DNA of 64,000 nucleotides from the human T2T-CHM13v2.0 reference genome, Homo sapiens (GCF_009914755.1 NC_060942.1), one strand, 5' to 3'; counted from the stretch's first letter, positions 41,631-54,688 are shown. The notes: generated by a model from the sequence alone, not told the origin. Numbers and translations are program-made.

Positions 41631-44600
41631 GATTTGGATTTAATTTCCAACTAGAATCATTGGGGAGGGAAAGGGAAAAACTTTCAAACGTGAAAAATTT
41701 TTTGAAGTACTAGATTCTAACACTTCTGATTTGCTGGACTTCCACCCTACATATGTACCAAGGGTCCTCATGTGTTTTACTCCCTAGGCTGAGACTATTT
41801 GAGGAGAACATGGAGATCTTCATTCCATTTGGCAGTCCACTGCCTAACTGTTCCTCAAACATGACTCATGAGCAGCAGAACTTTTTTTTGCTCCTGGCAA
41901 AATGACCCTCTAGGTACTTCAGTGAACAGATCTCTAATTAGATTCTCTCTTAACAGTCCTTGTAAAGTTGGAGAGGGCTCACCAAGTAATTGGAAAAGTA
42001 GTTTAGACTCACAAAGGAAAATAGATTAGACATGTTTTTACAGTGTGCCTCTCAAGTCCAGCTGACTAATTTGCAGTAATTTTCTATTATTGTTTTAGTC
42101 TAGGTTTTCCTATTGGTTAAATTTAACTGAATGGGACAAACGAAATGAATGGCAAAGATGCATCATTTACTCTGGGAACCCTGCCTTTAATACTGTTTAA
42201 TAATTTAATTTGTAGATGGTTAAATTATGTAAATTCCAAGAGGTGTAAAAGGTTCTGAAACTTTTGCTTCTACTGGGCTTTTTAACCCAAAGAATCAAAG
42301 GAAAGTTTTGTGACACAAATGACAATGACTTTATGCATTTGTTGTTGCTGCCGTTCTTCAACAAGGTATTAAGAGGCCAGCCATTTCCACAGTTTGCAGA
42401 TATCAAATATGAATCATAACAGGAAAGCCCACATTCCTCTGATGTAGAAATAAATAGAAAGTGTGTAAGTCTTTCTACCTCTGCTCCATGTCTATTTCCT
42501 GATGGGCTGACTAGTTGGAGAGCAATCCCTCTGGAGCAGCTAGACTGACAAACTGAAAAAAATTAGTTGCTTTTATTTGTTTACACATTTTGCCATGGGA
42601 GTTTCCAGCAAGCATGTACAATAATAACTTGATAAGTAAATTATGCACTACATCTTATTTCAATTTCTTCTAAGTAAGTTCAACAGAGGAGCTTTCCTTG
42701 TTATCCTAAAATCATAAAATGGTAAAACATTCATTTCTGGTATACTTTTTGCTTTCTTTTATTATTCTGTGAGACAATGGCACTTTGTTTTGACAGATGT
42801 GACTGAAATATCCTGGCACAGTTGCAAATCAGATTCAGACCAACTAGTTGTAAAGCAAATAGCCAGATGATAGAATGTGTTATTAAGTATTTATGAAGTA
42901 ATCTGGGAGAACATGCAGCTGGTCCCCTGCTCCTTAATAGATGGAAGAGTTGCCAGTATATTTCACTGATTGATTACATGAATTTCCTTGTTACAATGCT
43001 GTATTAAAAAAACGGGATTCTAATCACCTGATGCCTTTTCTCTCAATAACTGTCTTTCTGGAATAAAAAGGGTGCCTATTTTCCTACTAACAGCAGAAAC
43101 AGCATTTGTTCCAGAGAAATTCTAAATAGACATATATTCAAATATAGATTGTATTCTAGAATTACTTAATTAGATTTGCCTCACTAAGAACTTTGTTTGA
43201 AATGAATCATGTTGTCAGTAAGTCACTATATGTAAGTCATAGATCTAGCTATTCTTTAATATACTGGGAAGATATCTTTAGATTTTTCTCAAAAAAAAAA
43301 AAAGTCAGCTTGTTTTCCCTGAAATACTGCATAAGCTCAAATGAATGAACAGAATTACATAAGCCTTTTCAGATAAATTTACTTTGAAGCCGAGAATATG
43401 TCCAAAACATGTTAGTCCAAAGCTGAACAGTATTGGAAAGTTCCAGTGATTATAAATAGAATTTCTAAATTGAAAATGTCATTTCAGCCTTCTTCTCCAC
43501 CTCACTGCTGTGATTCTAATAATTGCTCTTGTTGCCTTAATTTCCTTTAGTACAGCGTGACCATTTCCTAGGATCATTGAGTACCGTGTGATCTTTTTCA
43601 GTTATATTCAGTAGCGTCATAAAGATTATCTGGTAGGGAAAAACACATACTCATAATATGAATAACTTTGCATAGGTGACCTTTAAAACCACTGGTTAGC
43701 TTTCTAAGACACCAACACCCGCAGTAGCAATGGTATCCTTGAAGCCACTTGAGGGTTCATTCCAGTGGTCATTTCCCCTTGCACCTTGGTATAATCTACA
43801 CAGTAGTATCAAGGTGGGCAGTCTACAACCACAATTATTACAAGTAGTAATTATTCTGATGTACTGCTATGAAAAATTAAATATAGATTTGAAATTTAGG
43901 ACCTAGATCGGGACAATAAAAATAATCAACTCAAATCATTTCTTTCAGCAAAGCCACAAGTGAAGACACATAACTTTCTCAAAACCCCAGGGCTATTTGG
44001 TTGCAGAGCTTAGAATAGAACAGGCATCTCCTACATCCAAGGTCAGTGTTAGACAGGCTACAGCTGATGGTTTTGACTGACACTTATAGAATAAATTATT
44101 CTGGAAATATTCTTCTACCATGACTATACTATCAGCCTCAGTATACAGTAAAAACAAACACACAAATATATGTTTAAATCACCGAGAAACAAGAATGGAA
44201 AAGATTCATTGTTTACTTCTTGTCAGCCTGAATTTTTATTACAGAAATACAGAAATGCTCATTAATAACTTTTACACACCAAGTAAACTCCAAAAACAGA
44301 CCAAATAGCTGGTATTTAAGTCTGTTGCTATGTGTCTCTGAATAAGAAATGAGGACTTTTGAGTGGAATAACATAAAAGGATTTGTCTGAAAAGTCTGAG
44401 CCCTTTTACTTCACCTAGAAAGGAGGCCAGTGTCACACATCTATGGAAAAAATAAAAGTAAAAAAATTACACAGGAATAAAACACATTAATATCTTCTTC
44501 CTCAAAACTACACCAGTCAATAAAGAGTTCTTCTTTGGGTATATTTTCAGAGGATTTTAAGAACCTGCAGCATGAGAACAGGACCAAGCAGGTTTGAATA

Positions 44601-45224
44601 ATTCATTTAAATAAAATCTGTGTACCCACTAATTCTCAGCAATACCTATGGGATCATTTGTATTTCCAAGTGCTCTAAGTTCATGTGGCAATAACACAAT
44701 GCTCATTTGTTTATGATGGCCTCATCTGTTTTTAATTCTCCAGGTTTATGCTCTCAGGAACAATGCCAATATCCTATTCTTTTCTAAAAATTAACTTCCC
44801 TTTTCCCATTTCTTAAAAGATGTCTTTACTCATTCATTTATTGCAAATATTAACACCATCCAGCATTCTCTCCTTCATCAGCCCAATTCTTTAGCTCCAA
44901 ATACATATTTTTCCGTCAGAAAATATACCTGTTTCCTCTCAAGGCCACCCCTGCTCTCCTGTCACCTCCCCCTCTCTGCCTTCTCACCATCTTCACCTTC
45001 TGTTCATTCATTCAACAAATATTTCTCTTCAATCACTCCATAGATTCTTGCCCCGCAGCCCAAAAATATGTTCTGGTTGTTCCTGAATGGAACAAAATCT
45101 TTACTTGATGCTAATGCCTTTTCAGGTTCTTTTTCAGTTGCTAACTTTGCCAGGCAAACTGAACATATCTACAAAAAAGTATATTACAATAGAATGCTTC
45201 AGGTCAGGGGGAAGTGTTCAAAAT

Positions 45225-45465
45225 ACACTGTATTTTAAAAGCAAACACAAAATAGTATAGATAGCATGATTCCAATTTGTGAAAAACGTGTGTTTGCAAA
45301 GGAAAAGGCATAAAACAGTGTGCACACATACCTAAGCAAAAAGAGATAGGTTCTCCGAGTAATAAAATTACATTTGATTTTTATTTCCTTTTCTTGTGTA
45401 TTTTCTAAATTTTCAGAATTTTATCCTATGAATACATAATATTTGTAAATTGAAAAACCTTGAAA
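45225..45465 (+). mobile_element. L1ME 3' fragment
   Basis: atagcatgattccaattt...tgtattttctaaattttc...tatgaatacat. Confidence 0.55.
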
Positions 45466-45574
45466 TGAATGCTACTGATGGATTTGCTGAATGAACCTCT
45501 GTGCTCTGGTTTGATTCACAAGGCATCGGGACTCTCAAGGGCACTTTTATCTGCAGGGAATCTGCAATTCCAGG

Positions 45575-45963
45575 TGATACCATTTGGATATTTGTCCCCT
45601 TCCAAATCTCATGTTGAATTATAATCCCCATTGCTGGACATGGAGCCTAGTGGGAGACGTTTGAATCATGGGGCCAGATCCCTCATGGCCTGGTGCTGTC
45701 TTCATGATAGTGAGTTCTTGTGGTCATTCAAAAGTGTGTGGCACCTTCTTCCCACTCTTGCTCCTGCTTTAGCCATGTGATGTGTCTGCTTCCGCTTCAC
45801 CTTCTGCGTAAAAGCTCCCTGAGGCCTCCTGAGAAGCTGAGCAGATGCTGGTGTCATGCTTCCTGTATTGTCTGCAGAACCAAGAGCCAATTAAACCTCT
45901 TTTCTTTATAAATTCCCCAGCATCAGGTATTCCTTTATAGCAGTGCAAGGATACTCTAATACA
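45575..45963 (+). mobile_element. MSTB solo LTR
   Basis: tgatac...ccaaatctcatgttg...gagccaattaaacctcttttcttt...ctaataca; TSD c(c/t)agg. Confidence 0.9.
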
Positions 45964-46022
45964 CTAGGTCCTTCCCTTCTGTCCTCACCTCTCCCCCTTC
46001 TCTCCCACCAAGTGGGGACTCA

Positions 46023-46057
<35 letters not shown>

Positions 46058-46059
46058 AT

Positions 46060-47030
46060 CTCAAATGGAGATGTCCCCAACTGTACTGTCCTCCATTCTG
46101 CTCCTGTCACTCTTCATTGATCTGTAAAGAATGACAGAATTCTTTCTTTATAACTTCAGCTATGACTTCTGTATAGATCCATTCTAAACATTCATTTCCA
46201 GCCCTTCACTGGATATTCCTCTCGAATGCTTCATTCAGCATTACCTCAAATTCAACATTCCAAAAATCTACTTCATCACTCCCCTCTCTTCCCAACCCAG
46301 TTCTTCTCTTAACCTTCCCTGCTTGTGCCGACGGCATCATTCATCTCGCAAAGATTATCGTTGAGGCTGCTTCCTTTTCCCTGTGTATTTTGCCAAGTGT
46401 TATGCATTTTTCTCTTCTTCTTTTGAATAGTCTTTTATGCTTTTCTTTCCATTGCCACTGCCACTATCTCAATTTGGGCCCTTCTCACTTTGTGCTTGGA
46501 CTCCTGAAATCAGCCTTCTTAATATTCTCAACACCACACCCTCGACTTGCTGTCTCCCAAACACAAGTTGTTTCTCTCCTTGGACTCCACATCACCAGAA
46601 AGCTGGTGATAGTTCCTACAACATCACATGAAAGCTGGTTAAGAATGCAGAGTCCACTCCATCCTCTGGTACAGCCTCTGCATTTTAACAAGCCTGCTAG
46701 GTGATTCATGCATCCACTGATGTTTGAAAAGCACTGGTTTGTTTGTACAATGATGCCCACCCTTCTAAAGAGTCTTTTCTTATCTAGCCATATTCTCCCA
46801 TCTCAGAGCTGTCCTTCTGAGGCTGTTCCAGTCTGACTTACCTGCTCTCATCCTTTACTGAATGCCTGTTGCAGGTTTCCTCTCATTTTGGTGCTTAATC
46901 ATCTGTTTCTCTTTTCTCGAATGTGTCAGCCTTCCCCAGCTAGATTGCAATTGCCTGAGCAAAGGCTTGATATGATTTTTCTTGTACACCTTGGAAGATG
47001 ATAAATGCTTATGGATCAAATATATTGGTT
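46060..47030 (+). mobile_element. L2 fragments with a MER5-like insert (~46600-46736)
   Basis: cctcaaattcaacattccaaaa; ctagattgcaattgcctgag; ctctgcattttaacaagc...ggtgattc...gtttgaaaagcactg. Confidence 0.55.
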
Positions 47031-47189
47031 CAATACTTTTTGGGCTGAAATTCATTGAAGTGTTTTCATGTTTTAGAAACATTTGATTTTATTTATACCA
47101 CATTCTACTGCCTTTTTAAAGCTTATTCCCTGCCTCAGAAGAATTCAGTGATATATTTATCTCCCTAAATAAAGTGATGGAAGTATTTT

Positions 47190-47316
47190 TACTTGTAGCA
47201 GGTTTTGCAACAAGGAATCGCTAATATTCATTGATTGTAGCAGGTTTCGCATGTACATGATTTTAGCATGTACTTGTAGCAGGTTTCGCAACAGGAATCG
47301 CTAATATTCATTGATT
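47190..47316 (+). repeat. Complex local direct duplication
   Basis: tacttgtagcaggttt(t/c)gcaaca(a)ggaatcgctaatattcattgatt twice, plus a partial third copy. Confidence 0.9.
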
Positions 47317-47389
47317 TCTATGTTCCAACCATTTTTTGGCTTACTGTATTTTTAAACCTTGCTACTCAGCTTTGAAATGTGTGCAGTTG

Positions 47390-47495
47390 TTTTCCAGCTC
47401 CATTTTGCAGATGGAGAAAACAAGGCATAGAGAGGTTAATGATCTTGCTAAGGTCACACAGCAGTAAGTGGTGAAGCTAAGATGGGAACCCACAA
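47390..47495 (-). mobile_element. MIR
   Basis: ccattttgcagatggagaaaacaaggcatagagaggtt...aaggtcacacagcagtaagtgg. Confidence 0.8.
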
Positions 47496-47801
47496 TGATT
47501 ATTAACCATTAGGTATACAGTCTACTTAATTTGCCCATATAATTAACATGCACTATTGATTCCAATTAATCAGAATAACAGGGAAAAGCCAAGAGATGTG
47601 AAGATTAATTACAGAATGCCTGTAAGACATTTTATTTCTTGAAAAATTAAATAGGTATAAAACACACTCCAGTTTGGGAGTGTTACGGAATTCTTCTCCA
47701 TCGCTATTTACACATGCATGTGAATCTGTAAGAGCAGCTCCTGTCACTTTTATCATAAAGATAGAAGAGTTAAATGATAATCATTTCTTTGCAACCTTCA
47801 G

Positions 47802-47810
47802 GATCTGCTG
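47802..47810 (+). other. Candidate 9-nt microexon (or 50-nt exon 47761-47810)
   Basis: tcatttctttgcaaccttcag|GATCTGCTG|gtaagt. Confidence 0.25.
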
Positions 47811-48705
47811 GTAAGTTCCTGCCCTTGGGTAACTGATCTTTTACAGAAATTTTTTTTTCTGAGAAGCCTATACCAGAATAGTAATGTGTTGACTGAAGTG
47901 AATACCCTATGATGATTTTGTGATTGCTAGGAAATCTAAAGTAACCCAAATCTTTAGCAACAAAATTAAAGTTGGTAAGAAGAAGGTGCAAAGGTAGAGG
48001 AACAACCCGAACTGCATCTTCACACCTGAAGCATTACCGAAGCAGCAACGTAAACATTCAACTACATTCTATAGGATTTCAGAAGGAACATGTAAAACAA
48101 TCCCCTTCATAACCACTGTATTTCAACAACGTGTGTTCTTTCCAAATAGATCATCCCACAGCAGGAAATGGTAGATAGGAAAAGCGGAGGTTCTAGGGAG
48201 GAGGCCAGCCTGATGTTGAATTCCAATTAACCTCAGGCAAGTTGCTCAGCTTCTAAGAACACCTGGTTTCTACTCTGGAACGTCAGGATAGAAGATCCCT
48301 CTTGCAAGGCTTTCTAAGAATAGAATAAATACAACATATGTAAATTTCCTGGTTTACAGGAGGTGCTCCAAATATTACAGCTAGCATTACCACTTCGAGC
48401 CCAGCAGTTACCAGAGTACTGCTGATTACAAATAGGAAAAGCAGTGCACTTTCTAAAAATGTACCTGCGGCAAACTTTAATAAACAAAATCCCCAGTCAT
48501 TTCAAAAACAGGTAATTAGCAGATAAACTAAGAAGTTCACGGATAAAGAGACTGGCTGCAACAAAGAATTCTCAATAATTATAGGTTAGAATGGATGGGT
48601 GTTAAAGGCTTATCACAGCAATGCAGAAAAGGTACTGCCTGCTCGACTCCATGAGCTCTCCTCATTTTCTGTATCCTTTTCTAGAAAAGTTTGTACCCTG
48701 GTACT

Positions 48706-49292
48706 TAATACAGGAGTTATTAAGAAATAATTTTTAGGCAGCTATATAGGGTAAAGTTTCTCGGTGGAAACTAACAGAAAGGCGGCTTAAAGAGCCAGGC
48801 CAGCAAGCTTTGATATGCAAATACCAGCAAACAGAAACTGGGTCTACCCAACATGGTGATTCCCGCCATCTTCTCCTTGTCACCAGGTGTGGCAAGTGTC
48901 ATGGCCACCCCGACATAACAGTATGTGTTCAAAACATCATGGCGACCCGCATTTGCATAGTAAAGGGCTAAGGTGGGAGGGCCAGATTTTTTCAGGGCTA
49001 CGTGAAAGACACACATGGTTTAACCAGTCCCCTGGGCCTTATGCAAACTAGACACCACCTCCTTCAGCCTCCCAATATAATAGACCGCCCTTCTGCCGCA
49101 CACAAGGTTTCTCTTTTGTCCAAGCCCTCCTCCTTTGTCTCTGTACAGGGGAGCTGTTCTCTTCTTTCTTCTTTCTTTCTTGCCTATTAAACTTTTCACT
49201 CCTCAAAACCACTCCACGTGTGTCTGTGACATTAACCCTACTGAAGCAAGACCGAGGACCCTGGTGTTCCTCCAGTCATCAGAGCTGTATCA
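48706..49292 (+). mobile_element. LTR9 (LTR9B-like, ERV1) solo LTR
   Basis: taatacaggagttattaagaaataatttttaggcag...tgatatgcaaat...cctattaaactt...gctgtatca; gtac duplicated at the flanks. Confidence 0.78.
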
Positions 49293-49350
49293 GTACCAAG
49301 ATTAAATTTGTAAAATCTCTCCTAGTTCCCTACATCTTATTTAAGAACTA

Positions 49351-49654
<304 letters not shown>

Positions 49655-49973
49655 AGGAATTATACATCATTTTTATTTCTATCCAGTGTCGTGTCCCCAG
49701 GATAACAATCATGGGCTGTGAGGATTATTACATCAAGATGTTTTAAATAATTTTTTAAACAATGATTCCTCAAACTTCCCTGAAGCATGGATGATTATAC
49801 ATGTTCTGAAGTATTGGTGTGTGTGCCTGAATAAAGAAGCATGGGAAACAGAACTCTGGAACAAAGACAGTTAGGATATCAACTCTATAATGCCACAGTC
49901 ATGGAGTCAAGAAGGGTTACTGTATTAACACTTGCTTGTAGTTTTATGAGTTTAAGGATGAGCCGTTTTGTTT

Positions 49974-50952
49974 TGTGGAAGACCACAATATGCTACCCCA
50001 CAATATTCCTCTTTGGCATAAAGATCAGTCAGCTGATGGCATTTAAGAAGCAGATGCCAGTTGGGTGCCATGGCTCATGTCTGTAATTCCAGCACTTTGG
50101 GAGGCCAAGGAGAGAGGACCACTTGAGGCCAGGAGTCTGAAACCAGCCTAGGCAAAATAGCAAGACTCTATCTCTACCAAAAAAAAAAAAGAAAAAAAAA
50201 TTAGAAATTAACTGACTGTGGTGGTGCACACCTGTAGTCCTAACTACTTGGGAGACTGAGGTGGGAGAATCACCTGAGACCAGGAGTTCAAGACTGGAGT
50301 GAACTATAATCGTGCCACTATACTCCAGCCTGGGGCACATAGTGAGATGCTGCCTCCAAAAAGAAAAAAGAAGAAGGAAGAAGAGGAGGAGTGGGGCAGG
50401 GGAGGAGGAAGAGAAAGAAGAGGAGGAGGAAGAAGGAAAAGAAGAAGGAGAAGGAACAGCAGATGCGGGAAAGCTCTCTGTTCTGTGTCTATGTGGCTTA
50501 AAGCAGGACATGAATTTACAAAGTCAAAAAATCTCACTTCCCCTCTCTAACAGGGAGAACGAAGGTTAACCACTGAAGACAATTTTAGACCCTTAAGGGC
50601 GTGAAGATTGCACCAGAGTGATCTATATTAACAAGCTCTACTAACCAGCCTTTATCTGCCAGTTATATGCCTTTCCCCACATTACTCCCGCTGGAGATGC
50701 AAAGCCCTCTTCCTTGTCTTGTCACTTCTCTAAACATTTACTGTTCTTTGTTGAAAACACCATATAAACTGGGATTCAAAACCACCTCTGTGAGAACTAT
50801 TCATTCCCTGGGTGTCTCCCCTGTACATTGAAATATACATGTTAATAAACTTCTGCTTGTTTTTCTCTTGTGAATCTGTCTTTTGTTACAGGGATCTGTC
50901 CCAACTGAGAATTGATGAAGGTTGAGAAAAAAAGTCTTCTTCCTCTCTTACA
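49974..50952 (+). mobile_element. MER34-like ERV1 LTR interrupted by an AluJ
   Basis: atatgctacccca...cctctttggcataa; gttaataaacttctgcttgtttttctcttg...ctgtcttttgttacagg...cttaca. Confidence 0.72.
50059..50457 (+). mobile_element. AluJ with expanded GA-rich tail
   Basis: Alu 50059-50365, then (GAA/GGA)n; TSD agcagatgc. Confidence 0.9.
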
Positions 50953-51833
50953 GTTCCTTTTAAGAATTTACGCTGTTGGTGTACATAGACGCCATGTGTG
51001 TATGTTTTAGTTAGACAGGACCTTAGGAAGAGCTAGGAAGGTGGGTGAAGACTGCTAGTAACATTACAGGAAGTCCCTGCAACTTTCAGCTTGCTTCCAT
51101 CACTAGTGGGAGGCATGCACAGGGGCACTTTTTTGGTCACAATATTAACAATCTAATAATAACAGAGAATCTAGTAGTTATATTTAGGGCAGGTGGAAGT
51201 GTTTCCTACCTTGCTAGTCTCATTTCTCAAGCATTGGGGCTTATAGTCAGAACCTTAACTGTTATATATCATAAAAAGGGCTAAAGCATAATGTGAAATT
51301 AATGGCCAATCTTCTCTGTAAATCTTCATCCCAGAGATCTGACAGTTTCTGTAGTATCAGTCAGAACTAAGGTTATTATTACCACTTACTCCTTCACTAA
51401 GGCAAATGCTACTCGGTTGCTAAATTATAGCTATTTTCGCAGTGTCACTGCAGAGCCTTCCAACGGAGAATCATTTCATAAATAGTAATTCTGTGTTGGT
51501 GTTGATTGTCAAGCAAATTTAAGATAGCTAGGGGAGCTCAACAGGTAAATTTGAAGGATTCACTGAAACTCATACCTTCCCTCCAAAATAAACTTGAACA
51601 TGAATGCTATACCAACAAATAAATAGTTAAGATGAATGATGTTTAATATATAATTGCCAGACCAAAGATTTCATTCATGTGTGTGACAAATATTTCCTGT
51701 GTGCCCATCATGTGCCAGACACCATAGCGGTGCTAGAACCATGAACATGAAAGACTCAATCACTAGCCTCAGTAGTATACTGTCCAGAGTAACAGCTAGA
51801 AAGGAAATTGTTTGTTATTTAAAATAAACAAGC

Positions 51834-52140
51834 AGTTGGGTGCATGGTGATTTGTATCTGTAATCCCAGCACATTGAGAGGTGAAGGAGGGAGGATTGCT
51901 TAAGCCCAGGTATTTGAGACCAGCCTGGGCAACATAGTAAGAACTTATCTCTATAAAAAAAAAATTTTTTTTAATTAGGTGGGCATGGTGGTGCATTCCT
52001 ATAGTCCCTGATACTCAGGAGGCTGAAGCAGGAAGATATCTTGAGTCCAGGAGATCAAGGCTGCAGTGAGCTGTCATCATGCCACTGCACTCCAGACTAG
52101 GCAAGAGAGTAAGACCCTATCTCTAAAAATAATTAATAAA
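51834..52140 (+). mobile_element. AluJ within an L2 (minus) fragment
   Basis: Diverged dimeric Alu; upstream ttcattcat...tgtgccagacacc L2 end. Confidence 0.9.
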
Positions 52141-52294
52141 ATTTTAAAAATAGAGAGGCACCATGAACAGACTGGTGGGATCAGGGCAGGTCTCTGAGTA
52201 GAGAGTCTTTTAGCTGAATTGTGAAGGCCAATAGTTGAAAGAGGCTCTTTTTTTCTTTTCCATCCAGTGTAAAAGGGGACCAAGAGGGCTGCTA

Positions 52295-52460
52295 GCCGCT
52301 TGCACAGATGATCTCATTTAACCCATGAGGTAAGGACTATTATGTTCCTCTTCAACAGATTGAGAAACTGAGAGTTGGAGGAGTAAAGCAATTTGTCCAG
52401 AGTCACAAAGCTAGTGACAGAGCTCAGATGGGAGCCCTGAGAAGCTAGTCCTCCAGGCTT
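52295..52460 (-). mobile_element. MIR
   Basis: atctcattta...acagattgagaaactgag...agagtcacaaagctagt. Confidence 0.7.
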
Positions 52461-54688
52461 GCTTTCTCACTGTCTGCACATGGGCTATTTATTAAAGGTG
52501 GGAATGCAGGAAGGGGAGGCTGATGAAGCAGTTTGTGCTGAGTTCTGGCTGTCTGAAACTCAGGGTGCATCTGGCGGAGCGCTGGCAGCTCCAGCCCGTC
52601 AAGGCGTGGACCTGGCAATGAGGGGTGAATCTGCCCTGTAGGGAGCCAGCCTTTATTTTGCAGGTTCTCTGGGAAAGAGAGTGCTACTTTTTTCTAACAT
52701 TTACAGGGTGTCTCCCAGAACTGGATCTCCATCTGCAGGCTGGTACTAACCCTCACAGGCAGAAGGACTAACTTCAATGTTCGGAGACAAAATGGATACA
52801 GGCAGGCCTAAAGGCCCTAATTCTGAGGCGTATCACATTCATGCTGCTGCTCGCTGATTCTAATATGGGCTCTTGTCCTAGTCCCATAATGCTGGCCTCA
52901 CCATATACTCCATTCCTGGAATCAGATCCACAGTGTATTCTCTGTTCCGGTGGCCCAGATTCGGAAAAGTGCCCATAACACCACTCCCCAGGGACACCTG
53001 CTGCTGAATTCTGACTCCGGCATCGGCCAGGGTGCTCCATTCTACCAGGATTAACTGTTTCACAGCCTTTCCATTTGAGCTCAGAATCATTTAACCAAAG
53101 CACAAGTGATCCACTTTTAATTATGATACTGACAGGAAATCCAATATAGGGGAGAGAACATGGTGAGTTTGAAGCATTCTGCCTGGTATACTGTGACATC
53201 TGAACAAATTTGTATTGATGATTTGGACAGGATTTTAAAAGTAATAATCGGAGAACTAAACCATCTTGAACTATGAAGTTCAAAAACAGATAAAGTTAAT
53301 TTATCGTGATAGAAGTCAGGAAAAATAGTTACCTCTTGGGAGAGAGTCTTACTGATTAGAAAGGAGCAAGAAGAAACTTTTGAGGTAAAGTAAAACGCGT
53401 TATATCTCACCTTGATCTGGTTAGTGGTTATACTTAATATTTGAGCATTGTGCTGCATGTAAATTACCTCAATTTTCCAAGCACAAAAATAAAAGAGGAT
53501 AGACAAGATTTTGAGAACGGATTCATTTTATCTGTTCCTGCTTTTCAAACACAACTATCCTTAACCACTAAAGACAGATGAACATCTGTACAGAAATGGC
53601 TTTTCCTCTACAAAAGCAAATATTCTTACCTCTCACCGTCAAATCCTACTATTAATAGTTTTATTTGGTGAAAAGCAGAATTATTTATTTAGGGTCAAAA
53701 AAGGACAAATTTTTCAAACATTTTCTTCTGTGATCTAAAAAAGGAAGCATAACTAGTAGGAATTAACAAAGGGCAAGGCCTAAATTCACCTACATTTTTG
53801 TAATTGAAAATTGATTACATTAAGTCGTCAACAATGACGCCGTTTAGTGTTGCTTGGCTGTCTGCCTAAGCATTGGTTAGTAAAAGAATGGTTTTGAAAC
53901 AAAGTTACCACATTATTATAACCTCTTTATGCTCTTTTAATTTTTCTCCTCATGATACTTTTGTCCTCCACCTCAGGCTTTAAATGTTGCTCATTTCTTA
54001 TATTGTAAATTAAATACTGCATTTTAACCTCTGAAATATAAATTATTGTGAAAATTCAGTAATTCAGTAAGAATAATTACCAGCCGTGAAATATATTAAC
54101 TGCCACATACCTACTATATAGAACTGAATAAGGTCAACTAATTAACTTTCCTTGTGGGTGTCATTCAGAAATGACTAAGGGGTGAAATCATGTTAAGCTA
54201 AAATAAGTCGAGACAATGAATTGCTTAATGGTGTCTGAGCTGAATTCTGATTGCCTGTGTAAACAATTCATCAATCTTACCATCTTCTAGGGACTTGGGG
54301 GAAATCATTCCCTATCCCCTGACACAAAATAAATATGAAAAAGTTCAACTGTAAGTTTCTGGTTTTCAAGTACACTAAACAACAGAAAATTGAAATGAAT
54401 TCTCACTTATTCTCAAAATTGGATTTTGTCACAAGATGACATGTTATATTTAGCGTATAACAAGCTATTGGCTGGGTTTGGTGAAGACTGTTCCAGCAAT
54501 TACAAGATTTAATTTTTAAGGGACTTATTCTCTGTCTCCCCATCTCTGTCCAAAAAATAAAGTAAGGTTTGGTCCTAAAGTGAAAATCTGGCATTGCATA
54601 TATGTTGTTAAATTAGTAAATGAATTTAATCATGGAAATATGGTTTCAGCATGTTTTGTAAAGTTGGGGTGTGAGTAACTTCTCAAAG

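Noticed and set aside
47190-47316. Repeat-spacer-repeat resembling CRISPR
   Set aside because: Eukaryotic context, only two full copies, no unique equal-length spacers or cas genes
50029-50569. Ser-rich and Glu/Lys-rich ORFs
   Set aside because: Encoded by the Alu and its GA-rich tail
52774-53283. 169-aa minus-strand ORF
   Set aside because: Non-ATG start in L1ME-like sequence, no recognisable domain; length compatible with chance
53630-53736. Minus-strand exon-like segment (ccttttttag ... GAG|gtaaga)
   Set aside because: AT-rich and stop-containing; splice-like motifs of this quality are common by chance and nothing else supports it
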